From positions 2,144,001-2,208,000 of the forward strand of contig OZ242351.1 of assembly GCA_965208675.1 (NCBI GenBank): a DNA stretch of 64,000 nucleotides, given 5' to 3'. A program made the translations under genes and the position numbers. Each line of letters opens with the position of its first letter. The stretch's first letter is position 1. The stretch comes from Candidatus Poribacteria bacterium (GTDB lineage Bacteria; Poribacteria; WGA-4E; PCPOR2b). The notes under the pieces were generated by a model that saw only the letters and a program-made list of their open reading frames with translations, was not told the origin of the DNA and did not search any database. Positions 51,420-60,973 of this stretch are shown in pieces.

Positions 51420-52691
51420 TCAATATCTGGGATGTCCAAAACCATCGTTAGTGATATGGCTGCGTGCTGGAATCTCTGCCTTATCCGGGATTATGAGATC
51501 GATTGCGGAGATATTTTCGATAATTGTGCCGTCACCGACACGGACGCTTTGTCCTATGCGGATCATTCCCGGTTTGACAGATGCGTTCCTGACGGTACCA
51601 ATAACCACTGAGGAGCCGATATCGCAACCGGCTTCAATTTCTACAAAACCGTGAAGTTCCGCGTTAGGGCCTACTGTCGAGTGGTTTCCAATCTTTACAG
51701 GGCCTAATAAACTTGCGTCCGTTCCAATCCGCACAAAATCTCCGATGATGGGATGACGTTGCTTCACTCTGACGCTCATGCCCCCGAGCGTGCAAGGGTA
51801 AATAACGCAGCCCGACCCGATGATTCCGGTTTGTCCGGTAGTGATACCGCGGTGAGGGTGATCAAGAAAGTTAGCGTCGCCGATTTGCGTTTCGGGGTGA
51901 AGGTCTGCCTGATAGTAACGCCCGCCAAGTTCCGCCATTGCACGGGGCAAGAACGGTACGGGGAACCTATGTAAATCGGGGTTACCTTCGACTGATCCTG
52001 ATTTTGTCAACGCGTGGGCGACATCGTGGTAGAAGAGCAACCGCCAACCGGGATAAGTACTCATAACCAGTTGCATCTGATAGTCAAAAGCGAATGCCAA
52101 ATCAAGACGATTCAAGGCGTCTTGATAGGGTTGAAAATCCTTGGTAGAGATGGCTTTGTCGATTTGTGCGCCGATATTAAGTTCGGTGAGTTTTTCTCGT
52201 GAAACACCGCCGTGAAGGAGGTAAGCGTCCCACACGGCTGGGTCTTTGAAAGAAGCGAAGCGATTCCATTGCGCACGAATTTTGAAGTCGGGGAGTTCCC
52301 AGAGTAATGCGAACGTGATGTCTAGCGCGCGGTCCTCTAAAGTTTCTTCGTCGCCAGCAGCCAAAAAGGATTGAGTAATCATCGCGTAGAGCTGATCGGC
52401 AACCTCCTCTATTGCATTTGGCAACTCGCGCTCTTGGTGCAACGGGTGCGGGGCATTGTGCGAACCCGGCGCCACACATTCTAACAGGTTTCCCAATACG
52501 ATTTCGAGAATCTCCCGATTGACGAACCCGCGCCCGGAACGCAGAGACAATACCTCTTCGCTTATTTTGTCGATGCGTAAGACTTTGAGTTCATCCGATG
52601 AGTACATTGGACGGAGATGATTCAGCGCTTGGTTCAACCGCGGACGTTTACGGGTTTCATAAGATGAATCAAAGAGCGTTGTTTCAGTCAT
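51420..52691 (-). CDS. Divergent serine O-acetyltransferase-like (CysE/EpsC) hexapeptide-repeat protein
   Basis: TYPG, DLHPETQIG, FLDH, TLGG, RHPIIG, extended left-handed beta-helix. Confidence 0.65.
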   Translation of the reverse strand: MTETTLFDSSYETRKRPRLNQALNHLRPMYSSDELKVLRIDKISEEVLSLRSGRGFVNREILEIVLGNLLECVAPGSHNAPHPLHQERELPNAIEEVADQLYAMITQSFLAAGDEETLEDRALDITFALLWELPDFKIRAQWNRFASFKDPAVWDAYLLHGGVSREKLTELNIGAQIDKAISTKDFQPYQDALNRLDLAFAFDYQMQLVMSTYPGWRLLFYHDVAHALTKSGSVEGNPDLHRFPVPFLPRAMAELGGRYYQADLHPETQIGDANFLDHPHRGITTGQTGIIGSGCVIYPCTLGGMSVRVKQRHPIIGDFVRIGTDASLLGPVKIGNHSTVGPNAELHGFVEIEAGCDIGSSVVIGTVRNASVKPGMIRIGQSVRVGDGTIIENISAIDLIIPDKAEIPARSHITNDGFGHPRY

Positions 52692-52738
52692 GGTGCACTA
52701 TGCCTCAAAATCCATATTACTATAAATTTAACCTTGCC

Positions 52739-53548
52739 CTACACAAATTCGGCTGCCATTCCCGGCACGGCTAAATCGTACTTGACGGCAAGATCGTAAA
52801 ACTTCAGCATTCCTGCAATCTCCGCGCTGTCAAGGTCATAAAAAATGTGATTGGTTAAATAATCCTGACAAGTATCTTCCGGTAACCCGAGTTTTTTAGC
52901 TTCGATATGCGCAATTTCCGGAATTTTTTTGATGCCTAGTTGCTTAGCACACTGCAGTATTTGAGGCACGCTCCGTAGATTGACACCTTCTCTCGCCGCC
53001 CAGCACGCATAGACAAATGGCAAACCCGCGAACTCCTGCCACTCGGCACCGAGATCTAAAGCAGAATCTGCCCGACAACTCAATCCCATCGCAGCATCAC
53101 CGATTAATAGAACAGCGTCCGCATCAACCGACCATGGGTCGACAGAAGGAGGACATGGCGTAAACTCTGGATGGAGATTGTACTTCTCAGCGAGCCAAAT
53201 TTGCACCAAGGCGCAAGAACTTCGTGAACTTGTGTCAAGCGCGACGCGGCGGATGGACTCAATGGGGGCATTCGTGAAAAATTGGATGCTACGAACCGGT
53301 CCACGTGAGGAAATTGAGATGTGGGGAACAATCCGGTAGCCGGGGTTCCGGAAGTATTCAATGATTGGAATCAACGCTACATCAAGGTTGCCAATTTTCA
53401 AGTCGTCTGCCAAACGACTGGGATAATCGAGGAAAAGGTCGATCTCTTCGTCGGACTGCATTAGGCAATTATTCAAGAGTGGATAGATTAGAGGTTTTGT
53501 GTTTAAGTATGATACCGCACCGACCCTTACGCGGCCCTTCTGTGCCAT
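52739..53548 (-). CDS. mqnA: Chorismate dehydratase (futalosine pathway)
   Basis: VSYLNTKPL, SSRSS, LLIGDAA, DLGAEW, LPFVYA. Confidence 0.92.
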   Translation of the reverse strand: MAQKGRVRVGAVSYLNTKPLIYPLLNNCLMQSDEEIDLFLDYPSRLADDLKIGNLDVALIPIIEYFRNPGYRIVPHISISSRGPVRSIQFFTNAPIESIRRVALDTSSRSSCALVQIWLAEKYNLHPEFTPCPPSVDPWSVDADAVLLIGDAAMGLSCRADSALDLGAEWQEFAGLPFVYACWAAREGVNLRSVPQILQCAKQLGIKKIPEIAHIEAKKLGLPEDTCQDYLTNHIFYDLDSAEIAGMLKFYDLAVKYDLAVPGMAAEFV

Positions 53549-54663
53549 CTATGCCCCTCTCGGATGATTTCGTTGTAAAGCGTATCGCGTTCTATGGGAA
53601 TTCTACCTGCTTCTCTGATTACGCGGGAAATCTCCGCCACGGTGACCGATTCGGGGGTCACCGCGCCAGCCATGTGAGTAATCTTCTCCTCCGTCACCGT
53701 CCCGTCAATGTCGTCTGCACCGTAGCTCAATGAGACCTGCGCGACATTCATCCCAATCATAATCCAGTAGGCTTTTATGTGAGGGAAATTGTCCAGCATC
53801 AAGCGGGACACTGCAATATTCTGTAAATCCGTTAACCCCGATGTGCTCGGCAGGTATGCCATGCGTGTGTTCTCCGGGTGAAACGCGAGCGGAATGAATG
53901 TGATAAAACCGCCCGACCTGTCCTGTTGCGTGCGCAGACGAATTAGGTGGTCAACCCGGTCTTCGACGGTTTCAAGGTGCCCGTAGAGCATGGTTGCGTT
54001 GGTTGGGATATCGAGCCGGTGTGCAATGTCATGCACCTCAAGCCAGCCTTCTGCACTCAGTTTGCCGGGACAAATTTTTTCCCGCGTCTCTTCCGCAAAG
54101 ATTTCCGCTCCGCCGCCGGGCAGCGAATCCAGCCCTGCTTCACGCAACGCAATCAAGACTTCCTCAATCGACATCTTGAATATCCGAGAAAAATGGTGTA
54201 TTTCCACCGCCGTGAAAAACTTCAGATGCACTTGAGGCATCCGTTTTTTGAGTCCACGCAGCATGTCGAGATAATATTCAAACGGCAACTTTGGGTGCAG
54301 GCCACCGACGCTGTGGATTTCCGTGCAGCCGTGGTCGATTGAATACGCCGCATTGTCGAGAAATTCGTCTACGCTCATCTCCCACGCCCCGTCAGTCTTT
54401 ATGTTCTTACGCGCGAACGCACAGAAGTGACAGCGTGCGTGCAGAATACACACATTCGAATAGTCGATATGTTGGTTAATATTGTAGTAGGCGAAATTCC
54501 CGTTTTGGCGTTCTCGTACGATGTTGGCGAGATACCCGACGCCCGTTATGTCAGGGCTTTCATAGAGCGCGACACCGTCGTCAAATGAGAGACGCTCCTC
54601 CGCTTGCACCTTATCGTGGATGGGATAAAGGTTTGCGTCCGTTACCGGTAGATTTTTTCCCAT
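53527..54663 (-). CDS. mqnE: Aminofutalosine synthase (radical SAM)
   Basis: VGGLHP, FTAVEI, SLPGGGAEIF, NATMLYGH, HIKAYW, GTVTEEKITHMAGA; adjacent to mqnA. Confidence 0.9.
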   Translation of the reverse strand: MGKNLPVTDANLYPIHDKVQAEERLSFDDGVALYESPDITGVGYLANIVRERQNGNFAYYNINQHIDYSNVCILHARCHFCAFARKNIKTDGAWEMSVDEFLDNAAYSIDHGCTEIHSVGGLHPKLPFEYYLDMLRGLKKRMPQVHLKFFTAVEIHHFSRIFKMSIEEVLIALREAGLDSLPGGGAEIFAEETREKICPGKLSAEGWLEVHDIAHRLDIPTNATMLYGHLETVEDRVDHLIRLRTQQDRSGGFITFIPLAFHPENTRMAYLPSTSGLTDLQNIAVSRLMLDNFPHIKAYWIMIGMNVAQVSLSYGADDIDGTVTEEKITHMAGAVTPESVTVAEISRVIREAGRIPIERDTLYNEIIREGHRWHRRAA

Positions 54664-54687
54664 TTTTGCTCCTGTTTGGATATTGAA

Positions 54688-56298
54688 TCAGTTTTTGAAT
54701 TTTTCAAAAAGACCGTTCGATTTCAGATGGAAGATACTTTCGGAGTATGCGCTTTTGTCTTTTTCCGTCCGGTTGAGAACTAGCCGTTTATATTGATTGA
54801 CAATTCGCATTTCTGAACGTTCGGCGATTGATGGATACATGTTGAACTTATCATTTGCCACCAGAAAAACATCATAATTCTGGGCCAAGAATCTTTTACA
54901 ATTCCGCAATACATCTGAAACACCTTTGATATACTGTTTTCTAGCCTCTTTTCCCTTTCCCTTGAAGAGCGGTCCAATTTCTAGCTCATCTTTTCGATCA
55001 AATGCAAACAAATCATAGGCGTAGGCAAGTTGTTCGTGATAGTTGATTAGCCCAACATAGGGCGGACTCGAGAAAACCCCATTAATCTTCCGTGTATTCA
55101 CGAAACGAGCAAAATCAGGGTTTTCTGCCTTTAATGCCTCAACTATGTCAATTGTCCGAGAATCTCCGGTCAGACAGGTTTGAAATGTGCCTGTCCTTAA
55201 TCTATCGAAGTGAACGAGGCGCTGAATTGTATCTTGACAGTACCGTTCCCACCAACTCAATATTGAAAACAGCGGCCTGCACATTTTTCCATGCTTGGCG
55301 CAGTAATAGACAGTCGTTACAGGTTCTTTTAAAGTTGCCAAATCTGCATGCGTCGTTGCTCGGCAGGTACGAATGGTTCGGCTCAAAATAATCTGAATCA
55401 CCCGCTGGATTTCACGGTTTTTTATGTGGCTCACGCGTTCAAAGACAAAATCAATCTCTGACCTTACCGGCGACAAATACCACATATCAAGGAAATTCTC
55501 TGACTTTCTTTGCCACAGCTTTATCCCATATTGGTTTATTAGCTGAAAATACCTGAGTGAGAATTCGTCCTCTTTTTCTTTCCCGTATTTCTCTTGATTA
55601 ATCAGTCCTTGCCTGACTTTGTATTTGAAATCCGGAGACGGAAAATGTTCGTTATTGAACTTGGCGAGTTCCTCGGTGAGTTGTATTTCAAATTGAACAA
55701 CATTGGATTGGCTGATGAACCGTTTCAGAGCGTTTGTGATGCTGTGAATTTCATCCTACACATCAATGAGACTATGTTTTTCTATTTTTATGTTGCTAAT
55801 GAGTGTATTAAATGCAGATATATCAATTCCGATAGCGTGCATTCCAAGCTCGTTGGCTTGCACCAGTGTTGTGCCGCTGCCGCAAAAGGGATTCAGGATA
55901 ACATCACCTTGTTCGAAACAGTCATCTTTTTTGAAATCATCCGTATGACCATCTAAGAAGTATTCAACCAGTTGCGGAATGAACTTTCCTTTATATGGGT
56001 GCAGCCTATGGACGTGTTTCGTCGTATCAGCTTCTTTCAGAAAATCAAATGACAATCCCCAATTTACGTCTTCGCCTAACTGCGCCTTCCAGTTGATTTC
56101 TCGTTTCCCCAAATATGACTGATAGTATTTAATCAAATCCTGTTTTGAAATGCTCGCGGAACCATTATTGTCATATTTCCGAATCCTTCCATATTGAATT
56201 AGATAAGAGATATTGGAAGCGGTCACATTTTTCTTAAGATATTCGGTTGCCCATTCGCTGGCTTGAGGAATTGTCATTAAATCCGTGTCTTCAACCAT
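54688..56298 (-). pseudogene. N4/N6 DNA methyltransferase with N-terminal HTH-like region, interrupted by one in-frame TAG
   Basis: Both ORFs and the 270-nt gap lie in one frame; the only internal stop is TAG 55756-55758. Motifs HPYKGKF, NPFCGSGTT, SPPY. Confidence 0.8.
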
Positions 56299-56368
56299 AT
56301 TTGAATTTCTCCAAGAATGGTTAGCTTGTTCTAAAACCTCCGTCCAATTCCCAAAATTGGATATCAGT

Positions 56369-56397
56369 ATTATAGCCCAGAGTATGTTGACGTGCAA
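56369..56397 (-). promoter_or_regulatory. sigma70 promoter for the MTase-mqnE-mqnA unit
   Basis: TTGCAC-N17-TATAAT. Confidence 0.6.
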
Positions 56398-56411
56398 GCG
56401 AATATTACGCC

Positions 56412-56440
56412 TTGCTCACGGGTTTTCATTTTGGTACACT
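56412..56440 (+). promoter_or_regulatory. Divergent sigma70 promoter for the DUF62 gene
   Basis: TTGCTC-N17-TACACT with a TGn extension. Confidence 0.55.
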
Positions 56441-56476
56441 TTCGAAAATAAAGTCAACTGCGGGAGGTGATTTCCA

Positions 56477-57292
56477 ATCAACAATTCTCATTCCGGCGTT
56501 ATCACGCTGACGACCGATTTTGGAACGAACGACCCCTACCTCGGCGTCATGAAAGGCGTGATTCTCAATATCAATCCACATATTCAAATCGTTGACATCA
56601 CGCATTCGATTCCGCCCCAAAACATCCATGATGCTTCCTTCATCATTGATTCAGCGTACCGTTATTTCCCAAGCGGAAGTATCCATGTGGTCGTTGTAGA
56701 TCCAGGTGTTGGAAGTACACGCCGGGCTATCGCCTGCCAAACTGAAACGGGCTGCTTCGTCTGCCCAGACAACGGCGTTTTGAGCTACGTGCTTGATGAA
56801 GATGTCCCGTATCGCGCTGTCTCCGTGGACAACGCCGAATATTGCCTACCTGAGATTAGCAACACATTTCACGGCAGGGACATATTCGCGCCCATTGCGG
56901 CGTATCTATCAAGGGGGGTTCTCCTCAACGACATCGGGCGGGCGGTTAATAACCTCGTGCAACTGAAAGGTTCTAAAGTCCAAATCACGCGGACCGAAAT
57001 TATCGGGTGCATTATCTGGATCGATAGATTCGGCAACCTAATCACGAACATTTCAAGTGAAACCCTCGAATCGACAATCGCCCGCGAAAATTTCGCCATC
57101 CGGGCGGGAAATGTCGAGATTAATCGGCTCAACCGCTCTTACGCCGAGTCTCAAGCCGGGGAGTGTTTGGCAATTATCGGCAGTTTCGGGCGGTTAGAGA
57201 TCTCGGTCAACCAAGGAAATGCCGCGCGGCTGCTTGAATTGAAGCGCGGCGATCCAATAGTCGTTCGTAAGACGGATAGTGTACCACAATAA
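56477..57292 (+). CDS. SAM hydroxide adenosyltransferase / chlorinase-fluorinase family (DUF62)
   Basis: ITLTTDFG (upstream of the track's ATG), VVDPGVGS, PDNG, TFHGRDIFAP, DRFGNL. Probable ATC start. Confidence 0.88.
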   Translation: MNNSHSGVITLTTDFGTNDPYLGVMKGVILNINPHIQIVDITHSIPPQNIHDASFIIDSAYRYFPSGSIHVVVVDPGVGSTRRAIACQTETGCFVCPDNGVLSYVLDEDVPYRAVSVDNAEYCLPEISNTFHGRDIFAPIAAYLSRGVLLNDIGRAVNNLVQLKGSKVQITRTEIIGCIIWIDRFGNLITNISSETLESTIARENFAIRAGNVEINRLNRSYAESQAGECLAIIGSFGRLEISVNQGNAARLLELKRGDPIVVRKTDSVPQ

Positions 57293-57561
57293 TCCTTGTC
57301 AAAGCGAGGTCGTAGACGATTGGTTGCTCAAGCCAAAATCCATACGGTCTCGCTGACTTTTCACTCTTTAATCGTTGAGGCAGATTTTCCATTGAATTCA
57401 AGCAATAGGTCGCCCATTATTTTACGGACTGCCTGATAAATTGTGACGTATTAAGGGTAGTGATTTCTGTTGACGGTATGGGAGATTTTTGCTACGCTAT
57501 TCTGACAGCGGAGTTGGCACCAACGGTCCGTGAATCCCTGTCTTTTGGAGGAACATAATAG

Positions 57562-58320
57562 ATGAGTTCAGTTAGTAAGGTCGCCATCGTCACGGGCGCC
57601 GGAACCGGCATCGGTAAACGGACAGCGCTGGCTCTTTTGCAGGAAGGATATTCGGTTTCACTAGCCGGGCGCCGCGCGGAGACGCTTGAGATGACTGCGG
57701 CGGAAGCGGGAGCGTCGGGTTGCCGAGTTTTGATTGTACCTACTGACGTGGCTCAACCAGCCTCCGTACGATCCCTCTTCGCCAAGACGAAGGAGGTTTT
57801 TGGGAGGCTTGATCTGTTATTTAACAATGCGGGTACCGGCGCGCCGCCCGTACTATTGGAAGATCTAACTTACGAACAGTGGAAAACCGTGGTAGATGTC
57901 AACCTGACCGGTGCGTTTCTGTGCACGCAAGAGGCATTCAAGATGATGAAAAGCCAGGAACCTAGGGGCGGGCGCATCATCAATAACGGCTCCATATCCG
58001 CACACGTACCTCGCCCGAACTCTGCGCCTTATACAGCCACTAAACACGCGATGACTGGACTTACCCGCTCCTCGGCTCTTGACGGACGCAAGTACGATAT
58101 CGCGTGCGGTCAAATCGACATCGGGAATGCTGCAACCGAAATGACGGAGAGGATGAACGACGGAGTTCCGCAAGCAAATGGTTCCGTCATGGTTGAACCA
58201 AGAATGGACGCAGACAACGTTGCACGAGCGGTAGTTTACATGGCTAGCCTCCCACTGGATACCGTGGTGCAATTCATGACTGTCATGGCGTCAAAGATGC
58301 CTTACATTGGGCGCGGGTAA
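57562..58320 (+). CDS. SDR family oxidoreductase
   Basis: [17 protein letters not shown]. Confidence 0.92.
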   Translation: MSSVSKVAIVTGAGTGIGKRTALALLQEGYSVSLAGRRAETLEMTAAEAGASGCRVLIVPTDVAQPASVRSLFAKTKEVFGRLDLLFNNAGTGAPPVLLEDLTYEQWKTVVDVNLTGAFLCTQEAFKMMKSQEPRGGRIINNGSISAHVPRPNSAPYTATKHAMTGLTRSSALDGRKYDIACGQIDIGNAATEMTERMNDGVPQANGSVMVEPRMDADNVARAVVYMASLPLDTVVQFMTVMASKMPYIGRG

Positions 58321-58337
58321 CCGAATGACACCCTTAA

Positions 58338-58549
58338 GAGCCTGTTTGAATAATAGGCGGCAATGCCATTCTTGGGCGTTTGAGTTGGTATAACTGGTGG
58401 AACTTCTATCGCGCGGGATTTACTATCGCCTTCGCTATACGTTCAATTAATTCTATTCAGCCGATTGATTCCCGCCTACGGAGGGTAGTGGGGTACTATA
58501 CACCTGCCGCCCCGCTGGGGCTGAATAAAATGAATTTTCAAACTGGTTC
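58338..58549. mobile_element. Putative non-autonomous MITE with IS5-type ends
   Basis: Left end TAA|GAGCCTGTTTGAA is identical to the IS end at 20003-20018. Right end TTCAAACTGGTTC|TCA is an 11/13 inverted match. Confidence 0.55.
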
Positions 58550-58554
58550 TCAGG

Positions 58555-59490
58555 ATGGTAGACATGCCGAGTTGGGATATATTCGGTTGCGGCATCGTGG
58601 CTGTTGATGATTTTATCACCGTGGACAGCTACCCGCCGCCTGACGCGAAAACCCCCGTATTGTCCAAAATTCGCCAAGGCGGCGGTCTAACCGGGACCAC
58701 GCTGGTTGCGGCGTCACGACTAGGAGCGAAATGTGCGTTTGGCGGTGTGTTAGGCGACGATTCACTCTCCGCTTGGACGATTGAAGAGTTAGAACGCGAA
58801 GGCGTTGATTGCGGCCCGATTATTCGTCAAACCGGCGCCCAACCACTCCACTCTGTTATTATTGTTGACCGCACAGCGAAGACCCGGAATATTTTCTACT
58901 CAGACGCGGAAGTTGCACCGCGCCCGTTAGAAAGCATTGATGAATCACTCATTGGACAGACTCGTTTGCTATTTATAGACCATCTTGGCGTCGAGAATAT
59001 GCTGTACGCAGCCGGAATTGCCAAAAGGATGGGGATTCCAACGATTGCCGACATTGAACTTTGTGATCATCCTCAAACCGGCGAATTGATGGCGCAAATC
59101 GACTATCTGATACTGTCAGCGAGTTTCGCTGCCGTGTTCACGGGCAAGAATGACCCTGCCCAAGCGGTTGAACATCTAGCGTCTCGGAGCTCCCGCGCCT
59201 GTACGATTGTTACTGCAGGCGATCAGGGCTGCTGGTACGCCTGCGAAGAAAATCCCGGTGACATCCTGCATTTTTCGGCGTTTGCGGTTCAGGTGGTGGA
59301 TACAACCGGTTGCGGGGATGTCTTTCACGGCGCTTACGCTGCAGGAATAACGTCGGGATTGCCGGTTTCGGCGTGCATTCGCTTTGCGTCCGCTGCCGCG
59401 GCAATCAAAGCCACAAAGACTGGAGGACGCGCCGGTATCCCGGACCGCGCCGCAGTTGAACAATTCCTGAGAGAACGGGAAACGATTTAA
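58555..59490 (+). CDS. PfkB family carbohydrate kinase
   Basis: GGGLTGTTLVAASRLG, VVDTTGCGDVFHG. Confidence 0.9.
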   Translation: MVDMPSWDIFGCGIVAVDDFITVDSYPPPDAKTPVLSKIRQGGGLTGTTLVAASRLGAKCAFGGVLGDDSLSAWTIEELEREGVDCGPIIRQTGAQPLHSVIIVDRTAKTRNIFYSDAEVAPRPLESIDESLIGQTRLLFIDHLGVENMLYAAGIAKRMGIPTIADIELCDHPQTGELMAQIDYLILSASFAAVFTGKNDPAQAVEHLASRSSRACTIVTAGDQGCWYACEENPGDILHFSAFAVQVVDTTGCGDVFHGAYAAGITSGLPVSACIRFASAAAAIKATKTGGRAGIPDRAAVEQFLRERETI

Positions 59491-59580
59491 TGAAATTGTC
59501 AGCCGAAATTCGAATCTCCGCAATTTCTCCTGCTGCCGATTTTGGATAATGGTCCTACACATAATTCGGGAGGATAAACG

Positions 59581-60912
59581 ATGAACAACGGTTCTTTGAC
59601 TCGCGTGTTAGCAGAAGGGTTGGCTGAAATTCCTGCCCTTGATTGCCATTCGCACATTGATGCTTCTCACCTCTCGGCGCGCGGACTCCACGATGTGCTG
59701 CTCTACCACATGGTAATCTCTGACCTGTATAGCGCCGGCTGCTCCAACGGCGGACGCCTCGACGAACATCCTGACAAAAACGAAATTCACAGTCGGATTT
59801 CGGAAGCCATCCCGTTTTTGAAGTATATCCAGAATACCAGTTGCTATTGGGGATTGAAAATCATCCTGAGGGACCTCTACCACTGGACAGAACCGATTTC
59901 TGAGGACAATTGGGTTACACTGGATGGTTTGATAAAGGAGCGGTCGACGGATCCTGACTGGCCGCGTGAGGTTATGCGCAAAGCGAATAGCCGCCGCATC
60001 GGCACTGAATTCTGGCGCGGCCATGATGGGGAAGCCGATGATATTCTGCAGTATAGCTTGGAATGGGCTTTTTTTACTCGTACGCAATGGGGACAGAACG
60101 ACATTCCGCTTTTTGAATTGGAGAAGGCGTGGAATGAAAACGAACCATCCCCACCGCTGCCGGTGACCCTTGAATCCCGCCCAATACTAGAACGTGTAAT
60201 CCGCACGATTGACGACGTGCACAGCGCAATTCAACACTATTGCGATAGAATTCCATATGAGCGAGTGCTGAGCACGGCACAGCATTTCTCAACGGACATC
60301 AACTACCGTCTGGTGAGTGACAGCGAGATGGAAACCGCCCTAAGCCGCCGAGCCGATGCCACAATCCAGGATCGCGATGTCTACGCAAACTATATCCTTG
60401 AAGTATTCCTGACCGAACTGGATAAACATGCGGACGAGATAGTCTATCAGTTTTCCCTTGGTGCGGAACCCTTGCCTTATGAGACGGGAAGCAAACTCAG
60501 GCAGGAGACCATTTTCCAGTTGGCTCAAATTTTTGAACGCCATCCGCAGTTGAGATTTCAGGTTTTTTTATCGAGCGAGCATGCGAGTCCCGCCTTGTGC
60601 ACATTGGCGAGAGAGTTGCCAAACCTCTCCTTCGCCGGTTATTGGTGGCATAACTTCTTCCCCTCGACCATCCGGAAAGTGATAGCGGATCGGCTGGATA
60701 TGGTGGCGGCAAACAAGCAAATCGGTTTTTTCAGCGATGCATATACAATGGAATGGGCATACGCGAAAGCAATACTTGTCCGCAAACAACTCGCAGAAGT
60801 GTTGGCGCAGAAAGTCAGCCAAGGACAGTATTCCATTGATGACTCGCTTTCGATTGCAAGGCAGATTTTGTTTGTGACACCCCAAAGCCTCTTGGGCATG
60901 CAGCCGGCGTGA
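59581..60912 (+). CDS. Uronate isomerase-like amidohydrolase-fold protein
   Basis: DCHSH, GYWWH, GFFSDA; UxaC-like architecture. Confidence 0.65.
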   Translation: MNNGSLTRVLAEGLAEIPALDCHSHIDASHLSARGLHDVLLYHMVISDLYSAGCSNGGRLDEHPDKNEIHSRISEAIPFLKYIQNTSCYWGLKIILRDLYHWTEPISEDNWVTLDGLIKERSTDPDWPREVMRKANSRRIGTEFWRGHDGEADDILQYSLEWAFFTRTQWGQNDIPLFELEKAWNENEPSPPLPVTLESRPILERVIRTIDDVHSAIQHYCDRIPYERVLSTAQHFSTDINYRLVSDSEMETALSRRADATIQDRDVYANYILEVFLTELDKHADEIVYQFSLGAEPLPYETGSKLRQETIFQLAQIFERHPQLRFQVFLSSEHASPALCTLARELPNLSFAGYWWHNFFPSTIRKVIADRLDMVAANKQIGFFSDAYTMEWAYAKAILVRKQLAEVLAQKVSQGQYSIDDSLSIARQILFVTPQSLLGMQPA

Positions 60913-60973
60913 TTGCCGTCCTGTGACGCTCCGGAATTCCGACTACCCAAAAATAGTATCAATAGACCGGTAA

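Noticed and set aside
55756-55758. Pyrrolysine as the main explanation for the MTase TAG
   Set aside because: No pyl genes in the window, the position is not catalytic, and a simple nonsense mutation is more parsimonious.
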